Source: Mariprofundales bacterium (lineage in GTDB: Bacteria > Pseudomonadota > Zetaproteobacteria > Mariprofundales > J009). From it: a DNA stretch of 64,000 bases. The notes beneath the pieces were generated by a model. That model saw only the letters and a list, made by a program, of their open reading frames with translations, had not been told where the DNA came from and made no database searches. A program made the translations under genes and the position numbers. Within the stretch, counting starts at the first letter, position 1, and every line of letters begins with the position of its first letter. The DNA is taken from the NCBI GenBank assembly GCA_030950645.1, contig JAUZRF010000052.1, positions 6,427 to 70,426 of the forward strand, in the 5' to 3' direction. Shown one piece after another: positions 25,507 to 34,712 of this stretch.

Positions 25507-27117
25507 ATGACCCAACCCCATATTGAACTGTTCGATACCACTCTGCGCGATGGCGGCCAAACCGCTGGTATTCACTTCTCCTCCGGCGACAAGGTGCGTA
25601 TTGCCAACCGATTGGCGGCGTTTGGTATCGGCTGGATTGAAGGGGGATGGCCGGGTGCTAGCCCCAAGGATGATGCCTTTTTTGACCAGATGCGGGATCG
25701 GGTGTGGCCAACGGGCGCGCATTTGGTTGCTTTCGGCTCCACCGCCCGTCCCGGACACGATGTGGCAGAGGATGCGGGATTGGCCAAATTGTTGGCTAGC
25801 GGTGCCGATGCGGTTTGTATCTTTGGTAAGGCGTGGGTTCGGCATGTACGGGATGCACTTGGGATTGGGTTGGATGCGAATTTGCAGTTGATCGGTGATT
25901 CGGTGGCATTTTTGCGGCGGCAGGGGGGCGAGGTGGTGTTTGATGCCGAACATTTCTTTGATGGCTTCCATGATGACTCGGCCTATGCGTTATCTACCTT
26001 GCAGGCGGCATCGGATGCTGGAGCCGAGCGATTGGTGTTATGCGATACCAACGGCGGTTCGCTTCCCGATCAGATCGCCGCGATGACGGCCGTGGTGTGC
26101 GCGCGCTTTCCTGATCGCACGATTGGTGTGCATACCCACAACGATAGCGAGCTGGCGGTGGCCAATGCGCTGGCGGCGATCAATGCCGGTGCGCGCCATG
26201 TGCAGGGCACCATCAATGGCGTCGGGGAGCGTTGCGGCAATGCCAACCTGATTTCGCTGATTGCGATCATGGTGCTGAAAACAGATTACGACTGCGGGAT
26301 TGATGGCGCGCAACTGACCGAAATTGCCTCGCTGTCCCGTTTTGTCAACGAGATGGCCAATCGGCTGCCGTGGCAGCATCAGCCCTTTGTTGGGGATAAT
26401 GCCTTCGCCCATAAGGGCGGTATCCATGTCTCGGCGGTGCGCAAATCCTCAGATCTCTATGAGCATATTCAACCGGAGTTGGTGGGGAATCACCAGCGCA
26501 TTTTGGTCTCTGATCAGGCTGGAAGAAGCAATATCATCAGTAAACTGAAGTCATTAACGCTGGACACTGGGCTCTCCAGTGATGCCGAAGATGTGGGCGT
26601 GGTGGTCGATAAAATTAAGGAGATGGAGGCGAAGGGTTATGCGTACGAGGGGGCGGATGGCTCCTTTAAGCTGCTGCTGCTTAAAGCGGGCGGACGCTTT
26701 ATTAGCCACTTCGAGCTTGATGCCTTTCGCGTGATCGATCAGAAGCAGGAGCATGAGGGCTCATCGGAGGTCGAGGCGACGGTACGCATTCGGGTCGGGG
26801 CGCAACATGCCCATACCGCAGCCCTTGGTGTTGGCCCCATTCATGCGATCGATAACGCCTTGCGTTTGGCGTTGCGTAGCTTTTATCCTCAGCTGGAGAG
26901 CATGCGGCTGATCGATTTTAAGGTGCGGGCGCTCTCCACCCACGATGCCACCGAGGCTGGGGTTCGGGTGTTGATCGAATCGACCGATGGTGCGCAAAAG
27001 TGGGGCACGGTGGGGGTGGGAAATGATGTGATTGATGCTAGCTATCAGGCGTTGCGTGATGCCATCGAATACAAGCTGCACATCGATCAAGTGGCGTTGG
27101 CGATCGCACGGGTATGA
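25507..27117 (+). CDS. cimA: Citramalate synthase (LeuA-family, CimA-type)
   Basis: 536 aa. N-terminus ELFDTTLRDGGQTAGIHFSSGDKVRIANRL..GWIEGGWPGASPKDDAFF, the HTHND motif and a C-terminal LeuA-dimer-like regulatory domain match the citramalate synthase subgroup. Confidence 0.82.
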   Translation: MTQPHIELFDTTLRDGGQTAGIHFSSGDKVRIANRLAAFGIGWIEGGWPGASPKDDAFFDQMRDRVWPTGAHLVAFGSTARPGHDVAEDAGLAKLLASGADAVCIFGKAWVRHVRDALGIGLDANLQLIGDSVAFLRRQGGEVVFDAEHFFDGFHDDSAYALSTLQAASDAGAERLVLCDTNGGSLPDQIAAMTAVVCARFPDRTIGVHTHNDSELAVANALAAINAGARHVQGTINGVGERCGNANLISLIAIMVLKTDYDCGIDGAQLTEIASLSRFVNEMANRLPWQHQPFVGDNAFAHKGGIHVSAVRKSSDLYEHIQPELVGNHQRILVSDQAGRSNIISKLKSLTLDTGLSSDAEDVGVVVDKIKEMEAKGYAYEGADGSFKLLLLKAGGRFISHFELDAFRVIDQKQEHEGSSEVEATVRIRVGAQHAHTAALGVGPIHAIDNALRLALRSFYPQLESMRLIDFKVRALSTHDATEAGVRVLIESTDGAQKWGTVGVGNDVIDASYQALRDAIEYKLHIDQVALAIARV

Positions 27118-27677
27118 CGCCGGCGATCGGGCTTACGGGGCGCATTGGTAGTGGCAAGAGTAGCGCTGCGGCCTGTTTTGCTGAGCTGGGGGTGCCGGTG
27201 TTGGATCTCGATGAGGTTGGGCGCGGATTGTTGAGTGATGCGGCGATTGCCGACCAGCTATGCGCTGCCTTTGGTGATGAGGTGGTGGTGCAAGGTGCGG
27301 TGCAGCGGCAGATGTTGGCCGCGCATGCCTTTGCCGACCGTGCATCGTTGACCCGCTTGGAGGGGATTCTGCATCCGTCCATCTGGCAGCAGGCAATGAC
27401 ATGGTTGGGGCAACAGGCGGCGCATTATGCCATTATCGAAGCCAGCGCGCTGCGTCATCACTCCTCTTCGCTAGAGGGGATCATCGAGGTGGTGGTGGAT
27501 CGGGCGTTGCGCCGCCAGCGCGTGCTTGTCCGTGGTCGACAAAGCGATGCCGATTTTGTGCGTATTGACCGTTTGCAATCCCCCCCGCCAGCAGCGTACT
27601 CCCTCAATAATAATGGCGCACCCGCCGAGCTGCAACAGCAGGTCGCACAGCTACATTTACAACTTTTGTCCCGCTGA
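27114..27677 (+). CDS. coaE: Dephospho-CoA kinase
   Basis: P-loop IGLTGRIGSGKSSAA followed by DLDEVGR. It forms an ATGA overlap with the cimA stop. Confidence 0.85.
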   Translation: MTPAIGLTGRIGSGKSSAAACFAELGVPVLDLDEVGRGLLSDAAIADQLCAAFGDEVVVQGAVQRQMLAAHAFADRASLTRLEGILHPSIWQQAMTWLGQQAAHYAIIEASALRHHSSSLEGIIEVVVDRALRRQRVLVRGRQSDADFVRIDRLQSPPPAAYSLNNNGAPAELQQQVAQLHLQLLSR

Positions 27678-27776
27678 GTTGGCGTGGAAAGATAGGGTTT
27701 GGGGCATGGTTGGCTGGGTAGGTTTGCAGATGGGGGCAATGGCGGTCAAGATTGGGGAATGGAGCGTGATGATACG

Positions 27777-30443
27777 ATGAGGAAACCTAGCGCGGTGGGT
27801 TTCATGGTGTGGCCATTTGCAGTGCTGCTGCTTTTTCTCTGCTTGAGTCCGGGGGCTGGGTTGGCGGCCAATGCCAATATCGCGTTGCAACTGCGGTGGA
27901 CGCATGCCTTCCAGTTTGCGGGCTTTTATATGGCGCTGGAGAAGGGATATTACCGGGATGCAGGACTGAATGTGACGCTGCGTGAGGGTGGCCCCGGACG
28001 ATCCTCGGTTGCCTTTGTGTTGAAACACACTGGCAACTATGCAGTGGCGGACTCCGGAGCGCTGCTGGCGTTTGCGGCGGGTAAGCCGATTCGGGCATTG
28101 GGCGCTATTTTCCAGCACTCGCCGCTGGCATTGATGGTGCGTAAGGGTTCTGGTATCAAAAAACTCACGGATCTGCGCGGCAAGCGGATCATGTTGCAGG
28201 CAGGATACCAAGATGCGGAGCTGCTGGCACTACTGCGGCAGGCAGGCATCACGGAGCACGATTTTGTGCGGCAGGACAGCAGCTTCAATCTTGAAGATTT
28301 GATCTCCGGGAAAACCGATGCGTTTAGCGTCTATACTACGGAGCAACCCCACCAATTGAAGATGCGAGGCATCCCTTATCGGCTGTTTTACCCTGATGGT
28401 CGCGGCATAGATTTTTACGGGGATATTCTTATCACCTCGGCGCATGAAACGCGCTACCATCCTGAGCGGGCGCGTGCCTTTATGCAGGCTACGGCTCGGG
28501 GATGGAACGATGCACTCGATCATGTAGATGATGCGATTGACCTGATTTTATTGAAATACAATACCCAGCATTTCTCACGGGATCAGTTGCAATTTGAGGC
28601 CGCACAAACCGCTAAACTCATGATGCGAGGTATGGTGGCGGTAGGGTATATGAATCCATACCGGTGGCAGCGTATTGCCAATGGCTATGCTGCTCTGGGC
28701 TTGATGCCAGCAGGGTATCCCTTGGACAAGTTTGTCTACCATCCGCCATCGGGTCTGGTGGGGATGGTGTTGGAGCATTTGTGGCAATCTATGGTGGCGC
28801 TGTTGCTGCTGATGCTACTGTTCCTCATATTGAGCGTTGCGTTGTTGCGGCGGCAGGTACGGCGGAGGACGGCCACGCTAGCGGAGAGTCAGGATAACTA
28901 CCGTCGATTGGTTGAGCTGGTGGATATCGGTATTGTCGTCCATCAAAAGGGGAATGTTCTGTTTGCGAATCCCTATGCTGTGGCACGGATGGGACTGAAT
29001 TCTGAGGCATTGGATGGCGAGGTGTTCATGTCGCATATTCATCCGGATGATCGCTCGGAGGTGATGGCACGAATAGATGATATTTTGCAGAACAACACTA
29101 CCTTTTACCGTGCGGAAGTACGCTTTTTAAATGCCGAGAATGCGAGTTTCGATGCCGAGGTGTCATCGATGCAGCTTCAGTACGCCGGCGCACCCGCAGT
29201 GTTGGCCGTGGTGCTCGATGTCACCGAGCGCAAGCGGGTAGCCGAGGAGAAGGAGCGGATGCAGCACCAAGTGGAGCATACGCAGCGGCTGGAGTCGCTG
29301 GGCGTGCTGGCTGGCGGCATTGCGCATGACTTTAATAACCTGCTGGCCGCAATTATGGGGTATGCGGGCCTGGCCGCTAGCAAGGTGGATCCGGGCTCGG
29401 CGGTGGCGAATCACTTGGCGCGCATTACTCAGGCTAGCGAAAGTGCCGCCCTGTTGTGTACGCAGATGTTGGCCTACTCTGGGAGGGGGAGTATTGTTGT
29501 TGAGCAGGTTGATTTGGCGCACATATTGAGCACGATGACCCAGCTCTTGGAGGTGTCGATTGCTAAGGGGGTTGATCTCAGCTATCACCTTGAGGAGGGG
29601 CTGCCCCTGATTGAAGCCGATGTGGCGCAGCTGCAGCAGGTGATCATGAACCTGGTGATGAATGCCTCGGAAGCGATCGGGGACGAGCATGGAACGATGG
29701 CGGTGCGCGCTGGTGTGATGGATATGGATGTGGCATATCTGGACGACTGTGTTCAGGCAGCGATTACGGTGGGTCGTTTTGTCTATATTGAGGTGTCGGA
29801 TAGTGGTTGCGGTATGACTGCGGCAACGCAAGCGAAGATGTTCGAGCCTTTTTATACCACCAAGGTTACTGGGCGCGGGCTTGGGATGAGCGCGATGTTG
29901 GGCATTGTTCGCGGCCATCACGGCGCCATTCATCTAGAGACGGCGGAGGGGGAGGGGAGTACCATTCGGGTGCTGTTCCCCGCCCTGACGGAGATGGCGG
30001 GGCGTGGGGGTGTGGATGATGAAGCGGCTGTTGTGCCGGAGAGCAGGATGGGCGTTAGCAGTGGCACGGTGCTAGTGGTTGACGATGAGGAGGTGATTCG
30101 TGAGATGGCCTCCATGGTGGTAGAAGATGAGTTGGGGATGCGGGCAATCACCGCTAGCAATGGCCAGCAAGCACTCGAGCTCTATCGTCAGCATCAAGCT
30201 GAGATATCATTGGTGTTGTTGGATATGACCATGCCGGTGATGGATGGCGGGCAGACTTTTGCGGCGTTGTGTGAAATCGATCCTGCGGTACGGGTGGTGA
30301 TCTCATCGGGCTACAGCGAAGATGAGGTTCGTCAAGGTTTGCATGGTGGCGTGGTGGCTGGGTTTCTTCCCAAGCCTTACACCCCTGAAATGTTGATTCG
30401 GTTGATCGAGAACGAGTGCAAGGGTAGTGGGGTAGTGGGGTAG
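27777..30443 (+). CDS. Hybrid sensor histidine kinase with periplasmic NMT1/SsuA-like solute-binding domain (SBP-TM-PAS-HisKA-HATPase-REC)
   Basis: Signal/TM (FAVLLLFLCLSPGAGLAANA), then an SBP-like region of about 300 aa (FAGFYMALEKGYYRDAGLNVTLREG). Then come a TM segment, a PAS domain, H-box GGIAHDFNNLLAAI, DSGCGM, GRGLGMSAMLG and a receiver (VLVVDDEEVIREM...LDMTMPVMDG). I prefer the Met at 27777. Confidence 0.82.
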   Translation: MRKPSAVGFMVWPFAVLLLFLCLSPGAGLAANANIALQLRWTHAFQFAGFYMALEKGYYRDAGLNVTLREGGPGRSSVAFVLKHTGNYAVADSGALLAFAAGKPIRALGAIFQHSPLALMVRKGSGIKKLTDLRGKRIMLQAGYQDAELLALLRQAGITEHDFVRQDSSFNLEDLISGKTDAFSVYTTEQPHQLKMRGIPYRLFYPDGRGIDFYGDILITSAHETRYHPERARAFMQATARGWNDALDHVDDAIDLILLKYNTQHFSRDQLQFEAAQTAKLMMRGMVAVGYMNPYRWQRIANGYAALGLMPAGYPLDKFVYHPPSGLVGMVLEHLWQSMVALLLLMLLFLILSVALLRRQVRRRTATLAESQDNYRRLVELVDIGIVVHQKGNVLFANPYAVARMGLNSEALDGEVFMSHIHPDDRSEVMARIDDILQNNTTFYRAEVRFLNAENASFDAEVSSMQLQYAGAPAVLAVVLDVTERKRVAEEKERMQHQVEHTQRLESLGVLAGGIAHDFNNLLAAIMGYAGLAASKVDPGSAVANHLARITQASESAALLCTQMLAYSGRGSIVVEQVDLAHILSTMTQLLEVSIAKGVDLSYHLEEGLPLIEADVAQLQQVIMNLVMNASEAIGDEHGTMAVRAGVMDMDVAYLDDCVQAAITVGRFVYIEVSDSGCGMTAATQAKMFEPFYTTKVTGRGLGMSAMLGIVRGHHGAIHLETAEGEGSTIRVLFPALTEMAGRGGVDDEAAVVPESRMGVSSGTVLVVDDEEVIREMASMVVEDELGMRAITASNGQQALELYRQHQAEISLVLLDMTMPVMDGGQTFAALCEIDPAVRVVISSGYSEDEVRQGLHGGVVAGFLPKPYTPEMLIRLIENECKGSGVVG

Positions 30444-33233
30444 ATGATGCAACAGGATCTATTGGGTTCGGGCTCGGATTTTATCGAAGGGCTTTATGGC
30501 CAGTGGCAGCGCGATGCGGGCAGTGTGGCACCGGAGTGGGAGCGTTATTTTGCTGAGCTGGCAGAGGATGACCCCTCTGTTGGTGGCGGTCATCGTCGCC
30601 AGTTGGCGCAGATGGCACGCGTCTTTCGTAGCAGTGTTTGCCCGACGGTTACCGCAGCACCAGCCAACTTTGATATTGAATACCCTTCGCGCGCGCTCTA
30701 CCTCATCCACGCTTGGCGGGTGCATGGACACCTGCAAGCAGATCTGGAGCCGTTGCACCTGAATCCGCCGCTGCCTAGTCCGGAGTTGGAGTTGAGCTAC
30801 TATGGACTGAGCGCAGCGGATCTTGATGTCGAGTTTCCTACTGGCGATTTGCCAGGCCCATCGAGCCAACCGCTGCATGCCATTCTCGCCACTTTGGAGC
30901 GCACCTATAGCTGCCATATTGGCCCTGAATTCATGCATATCACCGATTCGGCGCGCAAGATGTGGCTGCAGCAGCGGTTGGAGTCGGTGCAGTCGACGCC
31001 TGCCTTTAGTGATGAAGCGCGGATGCGCGTCTACTCGCGGGTGATGCGTGCGGAAGGGTTCGAGCAGTTTTTACATACGCGCTATGTTGGCCAGAAACGG
31101 TTTTCGCTTGAGGGTGGAGAGTCGCTGATTCCAATGATTGACACCCTGATTGAGCACGCCTCGGCCAAGGGGGTGCAGGAGCTGATTCTGGGAATGGCGC
31201 ATCGCGGACGGCTCAATGTTTTAGCCAATATTCTGGGTAAAAACCTCTCCGAGGTGTTTGCGGAGTTTGAGGGTGTGGTGACAGCCGATGCCGCCCATGG
31301 CGCGGGTGATGTGAAGTACCATATGGGGTTTTCCTCTGATATTGAGACCTCGCATGGCCGGATGCATGTGTCGCTGGGCTTTAACCCGTCGCATTTGGAG
31401 ATTATTACCCCGGTGGTGTTGGGAAGTGTGCGGGCGCGTCAATGTCGGCGTGAGGATAAAGAGCGCCGTCAGGTGATGAGCGTGTTGGTGCATGGCGATG
31501 CGGCCTTTGCCGGTCAGGGGGTGGTGGCTGAGTCGCTCAACCTATCGAAACTGCGGGGCTTTCGTACTGGTGGCACCATCCATATCGTGGTCAATAATCA
31601 GATTGGTTTTACGGTTAATCCGTTCGATGCCCGTTCTACCACCTACTGCACCGACATCGCCAAGATGGTGCAGGCACCGATTCTGCATGTGAATGGTGAT
31701 GATCCTGAGGCGTGTTGTCTGGCGATGGAGACCGCGATGGATTACCGTCATCAGTTTCGCGAGGACATTGTGATCGATCTGATCTGTTATCGTCGCCATG
31801 GTCACAACGAGGCGGATGCCCCGGATGTGACGCAACCGTTGATGTATCGCCGTATTGCAACGCATCCGACGACCCACACCCTGTATCGTCAGCGCTTGAT
31901 CGCCGATGGCCTACTTGATGAAGCTGCGGCGCAGTCGATGTGGGATCACTACCGTCAGCGGCTTGATCGTATTCGTAAGGATAAGGATCGGCGGCCGGGG
32001 GAGAAGCTGAATACGCTGCATGGTCGCTGGGAGGGGTTTGTTACCGAAGGCGCGTCGGAGCCGGTAACGGTGGTGGAGCAGGGGGTGCTTCAGCGCTTGG
32101 CCGAGCATGCCCACAGCTTGCCATCTGGCTTTGCGCTCCATCCGCGAGTAGGCAAGATTTTTACGGCGCGTAAGGCGATGATGGCAGGCGAAACGCCGAT
32201 CGATTGGGGCTGTGCCGAGATTATGGCCTATGCCACCCTGCTTGATGCGGGTGGCTGGGTGCGACTTACGGGTCAGGACTCTGGACGCGGCACCTTTTTT
32301 CACCGCCACGCCATTGTTTATGATCAAAATACGGGCAAGCCATTTACTCCATTGCGCCGTTTGGCCAATGGCGATCTTTCGCGCTTTATTGTGGTTGATT
32401 CGATGCTCTCTGAGATGGCGGTGATGGCCTATGAGTATGGCTATTCGCTGGCCGAGCCACGGGCGCTGGTGATCTGGGAGGCGCAGTATGGGGATTTTGC
32501 CAACAATGCGCAGGTGGTGATTGATCAATTCATCGCTGCCGGGGAGTCCAAATGGAACCGCATGAGCGGGTTAGTGCTGTGGCTGCCGCACGGCTACGAG
32601 GGACAGGGGGCGGAGCACTCCTCCGCTAGGCTAGAGCGGTATTTGCAGCTCTGTGCGGAAGCAAACATGCAGGTGGTGGCACCGACCACACCGGCGCAAC
32701 TGTTTCATCTGCTGCGTCGGCAATTGATGATCACTACGCGCAAGCCGCTGGTGCTGATGGGGCCGAAGAGCCTGCTGCGCAACAAAGCATCATTTTCGAG
32801 CTTGACTGATCTGAGTAGTGGCGGATTTCAAGCGGTGATTGCCGAGCAGGATGCTGCCCATCGGCCCGAGGAATGTACCCGTCTATTGCTCTGTTCGGGC
32901 AAGGTCTATTACGACCTGTTGGCGGGGCGTGATGAGGCGCGAGTCGGCATTGTGCGGGTGGAGCGGCTCTTCCCTTTCCCCTCCGAAGAGCTAACGGCGA
33001 TCTGTGCGGCCTACCCTAAGGCCGATGCAGTGGTTTGGGTGCAAGAAGAGCCATTCAATCAAGGGGCATGGTTTGAGATCAATAGCAGTATTCGTCAGGT
33101 GTTGGAGCCGCATCAGCAATTGGAGTGTGTGGCAAGGCCGGCACTGGCCGCACCTGCGGTAGGTTCGGTCAAACGCCACAAAGAGGAGCAGGCGGAGCTG
33201 GTGCGTCAGGCGCTGCACGGCGACGCCGTATGA
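30444..33233 (+). CDS. sucA: 2-oxoglutarate dehydrogenase E1 component
   Basis: 929 aa. N-terminus GSGSDFIEGLYGQW, HRGRLNVLANILGK, the ThDP-binding GDAAFAGQGVV...NNQIGFT motif and the C-terminal transketolase-like domain are present. The start directly abuts the kinase stop (TAGATG). Confidence 0.93.
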   Translation: MMQQDLLGSGSDFIEGLYGQWQRDAGSVAPEWERYFAELAEDDPSVGGGHRRQLAQMARVFRSSVCPTVTAAPANFDIEYPSRALYLIHAWRVHGHLQADLEPLHLNPPLPSPELELSYYGLSAADLDVEFPTGDLPGPSSQPLHAILATLERTYSCHIGPEFMHITDSARKMWLQQRLESVQSTPAFSDEARMRVYSRVMRAEGFEQFLHTRYVGQKRFSLEGGESLIPMIDTLIEHASAKGVQELILGMAHRGRLNVLANILGKNLSEVFAEFEGVVTADAAHGAGDVKYHMGFSSDIETSHGRMHVSLGFNPSHLEIITPVVLGSVRARQCRREDKERRQVMSVLVHGDAAFAGQGVVAESLNLSKLRGFRTGGTIHIVVNNQIGFTVNPFDARSTTYCTDIAKMVQAPILHVNGDDPEACCLAMETAMDYRHQFREDIVIDLICYRRHGHNEADAPDVTQPLMYRRIATHPTTHTLYRQRLIADGLLDEAAAQSMWDHYRQRLDRIRKDKDRRPGEKLNTLHGRWEGFVTEGASEPVTVVEQGVLQRLAEHAHSLPSGFALHPRVGKIFTARKAMMAGETPIDWGCAEIMAYATLLDAGGWVRLTGQDSGRGTFFHRHAIVYDQNTGKPFTPLRRLANGDLSRFIVVDSMLSEMAVMAYEYGYSLAEPRALVIWEAQYGDFANNAQVVIDQFIAAGESKWNRMSGLVLWLPHGYEGQGAEHSSARLERYLQLCAEANMQVVAPTTPAQLFHLLRRQLMITTRKPLVLMGPKSLLRNKASFSSLTDLSSGGFQAVIAEQDAAHRPEECTRLLLCSGKVYYDLLAGRDEARVGIVRVERLFPFPSEELTAICAAYPKADAVVWVQEEPFNQGAWFEINSSIRQVLEPHQQLECVARPALAAPAVGSVKRHKEEQAELVRQALHGDAV

Positions 33234-33241
33234 TTGGGTGG

Positions 33242-33329
33242 GTAAACTCCGCTTTTTCGCCTTGCTATCAGTAAAAACCGGAAGCAATCTGAGCAGTTAC
33301 GGGATGTTTTCAATGGGTGCTGAGTAGTT
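33242..33329 (+). repeat. MITE-family half copy (copy D): right half of the palindrome plus a diverged long-form tail
   Basis: gtaaactccgctttttcgccttgctatcagtaaaaaccggaagcaatctgagcagttac + gggatgttttcaatgggtg + ctgagtagtt. It begins at the palindrome centre and ends at the start codon of the next gene. Confidence 0.8.
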
Positions 33330-33330
33330 G

Positions 33331-33987
33331 ATGCCATCACTACGCGTTCGTTATCAAACCTTGGAGTTTGGTCTGACGGATATTCATCTGCGAACGCTGA
33401 GAAACAACCAGGAGTTCTCGGATGATGAGGGTGTGGCCGAAAAGTTAGGGATCTCATCGGCGACATGGCCGCTGTTTGGCATCGTCTGGCCTTCGGGGCA
33501 GGTGCTCGCCCATCTCATGTTTGATTATGAGATTGCAGGCAAGCGTATTTTGGAGGTGGGTTGTGGCATTGCACTGTCGAGTCTAGTGCTGAACCACCGT
33601 CAAGCAGATATTACGGCGACAGATTACCACCCCGAGGCGGCAAATTTTCTTCGGGAGAATACCGCGCTCAATCACGATGCCGCCATCCCTTTTTTCCGCA
33701 CGGGCTGGGGCGATCCCGATGTTGGCCTCGGTAAATTTGATCTTATTATTGGTAGTGATCTGCTTTATGAGCGCGGACATGCGGAATTGCTATCGACTTT
33801 TATTGATAACCATACCAAGCCGCATTGCGAAGTGATTCTGATTGATCCAGGACGCGGCCACCATGCCCGCTTTAGCAAACGGATGGTGAGCCTGGGGTAT
33901 TTGCATCGCCAAACTCGGCCTGAAAACACCGACTATCTGGATAAGCCTCTGCCAAAAGGACAAGTGCTGCACTATCAGCGTTCGTAG
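33331..33987 (+). CDS. Class I SAM-dependent methyltransferase, Methyltransf_16 (putative protein-lysine methyltransferase)-like
   Basis: GIVWPSGQVLAHLM...AGKRILEVGCGIALSSLVL...ITATDYHPEA...GWGDP...FDLIIGSDLLYE matches the METTL21/FAM86-type pattern. I take ATG 33331 as the start. The track TTG at 33328 lies in the repeat terminus. Confidence 0.72.
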   Translation: MPSLRVRYQTLEFGLTDIHLRTLRNNQEFSDDEGVAEKLGISSATWPLFGIVWPSGQVLAHLMFDYEIAGKRILEVGCGIALSSLVLNHRQADITATDYHPEAANFLRENTALNHDAAIPFFRTGWGDPDVGLGKFDLIIGSDLLYERGHAELLSTFIDNHTKPHCEVILIDPGRGHHARFSKRMVSLGYLHRQTRPENTDYLDKPLPKGQVLHYQRS

Positions 33988-34012
33988 GGGAGCTATCATG
34001 TCGTACAGCCGG

Positions 34013-34165
34013 ATAACTACTCAGCTCACTCCTGACTTTCCTGATAGCGGCGTTGAAAAATGCGCATTTACAGTAGTAAACTCTGCTTTTTCGCCTTGCT
34101 ATCAGGAAAACCGTAAGTAATCTGAGTAGTTACAACCATTTTTGGGTAGGGTGCTGAGTCGTTAC
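34013..34165 (+). mobile_element. MITE-like palindromic element, long form (copy E), no intact TSD
   Basis: ATAACTACTCAG...CTGAGTAGTTAC-aaccatttttgggtagggtg-CTGAGTCGTTAC. It is collinear with copy B over its full length, with about a dozen substitutions by eye. The flanks acagccgg and tttttagg differ. Confidence 0.85.
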
Positions 34166-34293
34166 TTTTTAGGTTAGAATAAATTCGCCGTGTCAGCGCC
34201 CCCAGTCTACTCGACAGTGCACTCTGGGTTATTTCCTTTTCTTCACCAAGGCGACATAGCTATACGCCCCGTTACAGGGCTTGCATTGATCGT

Positions 34294-34312
34294 GATAACG
34301 ATTATCATTCGC
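34294..34312 (+). promoter_or_regulatory. Fur box overlapping a candidate promoter of the fur-like gene
   Basis: GATAACGATTATCATTCGC matches 15 of 19 positions of the GATAATGATAATCATTATC consensus by hand alignment. It overlaps a TTGCAT(34281)-N16-TATCAT(34303) promoter-like pair that ends 8 nt before the ATG. Confidence 0.6.
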
Positions 34313-34316
34313 ACCC

Positions 34317-34712
34317 ATGAAGCTTACCCAACAACGCACAGCGATCCTGCAACTGGTTACCAACTCCGATCACCACTGGGATGCCGAAGCCATTGTGGTC
34401 GCACTCAACAATCAGGGGCGAAAAATTGGTAACGCCACCGTCTATCGCGGCTTGCAAGCCCTCGAGCAGGCCGGAATGCTCACCTCACTACCAATCAATG
34501 GCCGCAAACATTACGAACTCGGCGGCAAACAGCATCACGACCACTTAATCTGCACTGCCTGCGGACAAATCAAAGAGTTCTGCCACCCAGAAATCGAACG
34601 ATTACAACTGGAGATGGCCGCGCAAAACGCGTTTGTGGTACATGACCACCAATTGGTGCTCTACGGTACCTGCCAAGCATGCACTGCCAAATCCAACCGA
34701 GCCCAAGCATGA
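34317..34712 (+). CDS. Fur-family metalloregulator
   Basis: 131 aa. It has a winged-helix N-terminal region (TQQRTAILQLV...ATVYRGLQALEQAGML) and a metal-site region HHDHLICTACGQIKEF...CQAC with two CxxC pairs. Confidence 0.85.
   Translation: MKLTQQRTAILQLVTNSDHHWDAEAIVVALNNQGRKIGNATVYRGLQALEQAGMLTSLPINGRKHYELGGKQHHDHLICTACGQIKEFCHPEIERLQLEMAAQNAFVVHDHQLVLYGTCQACTAKSNRAQA

Noticed and set aside
29163-29933. 256-aa minus-strand ORF
   Set aside because: It is antisense to the HisKA/HATPase region of the hybrid kinase, whose motifs are unambiguous on the plus strand.
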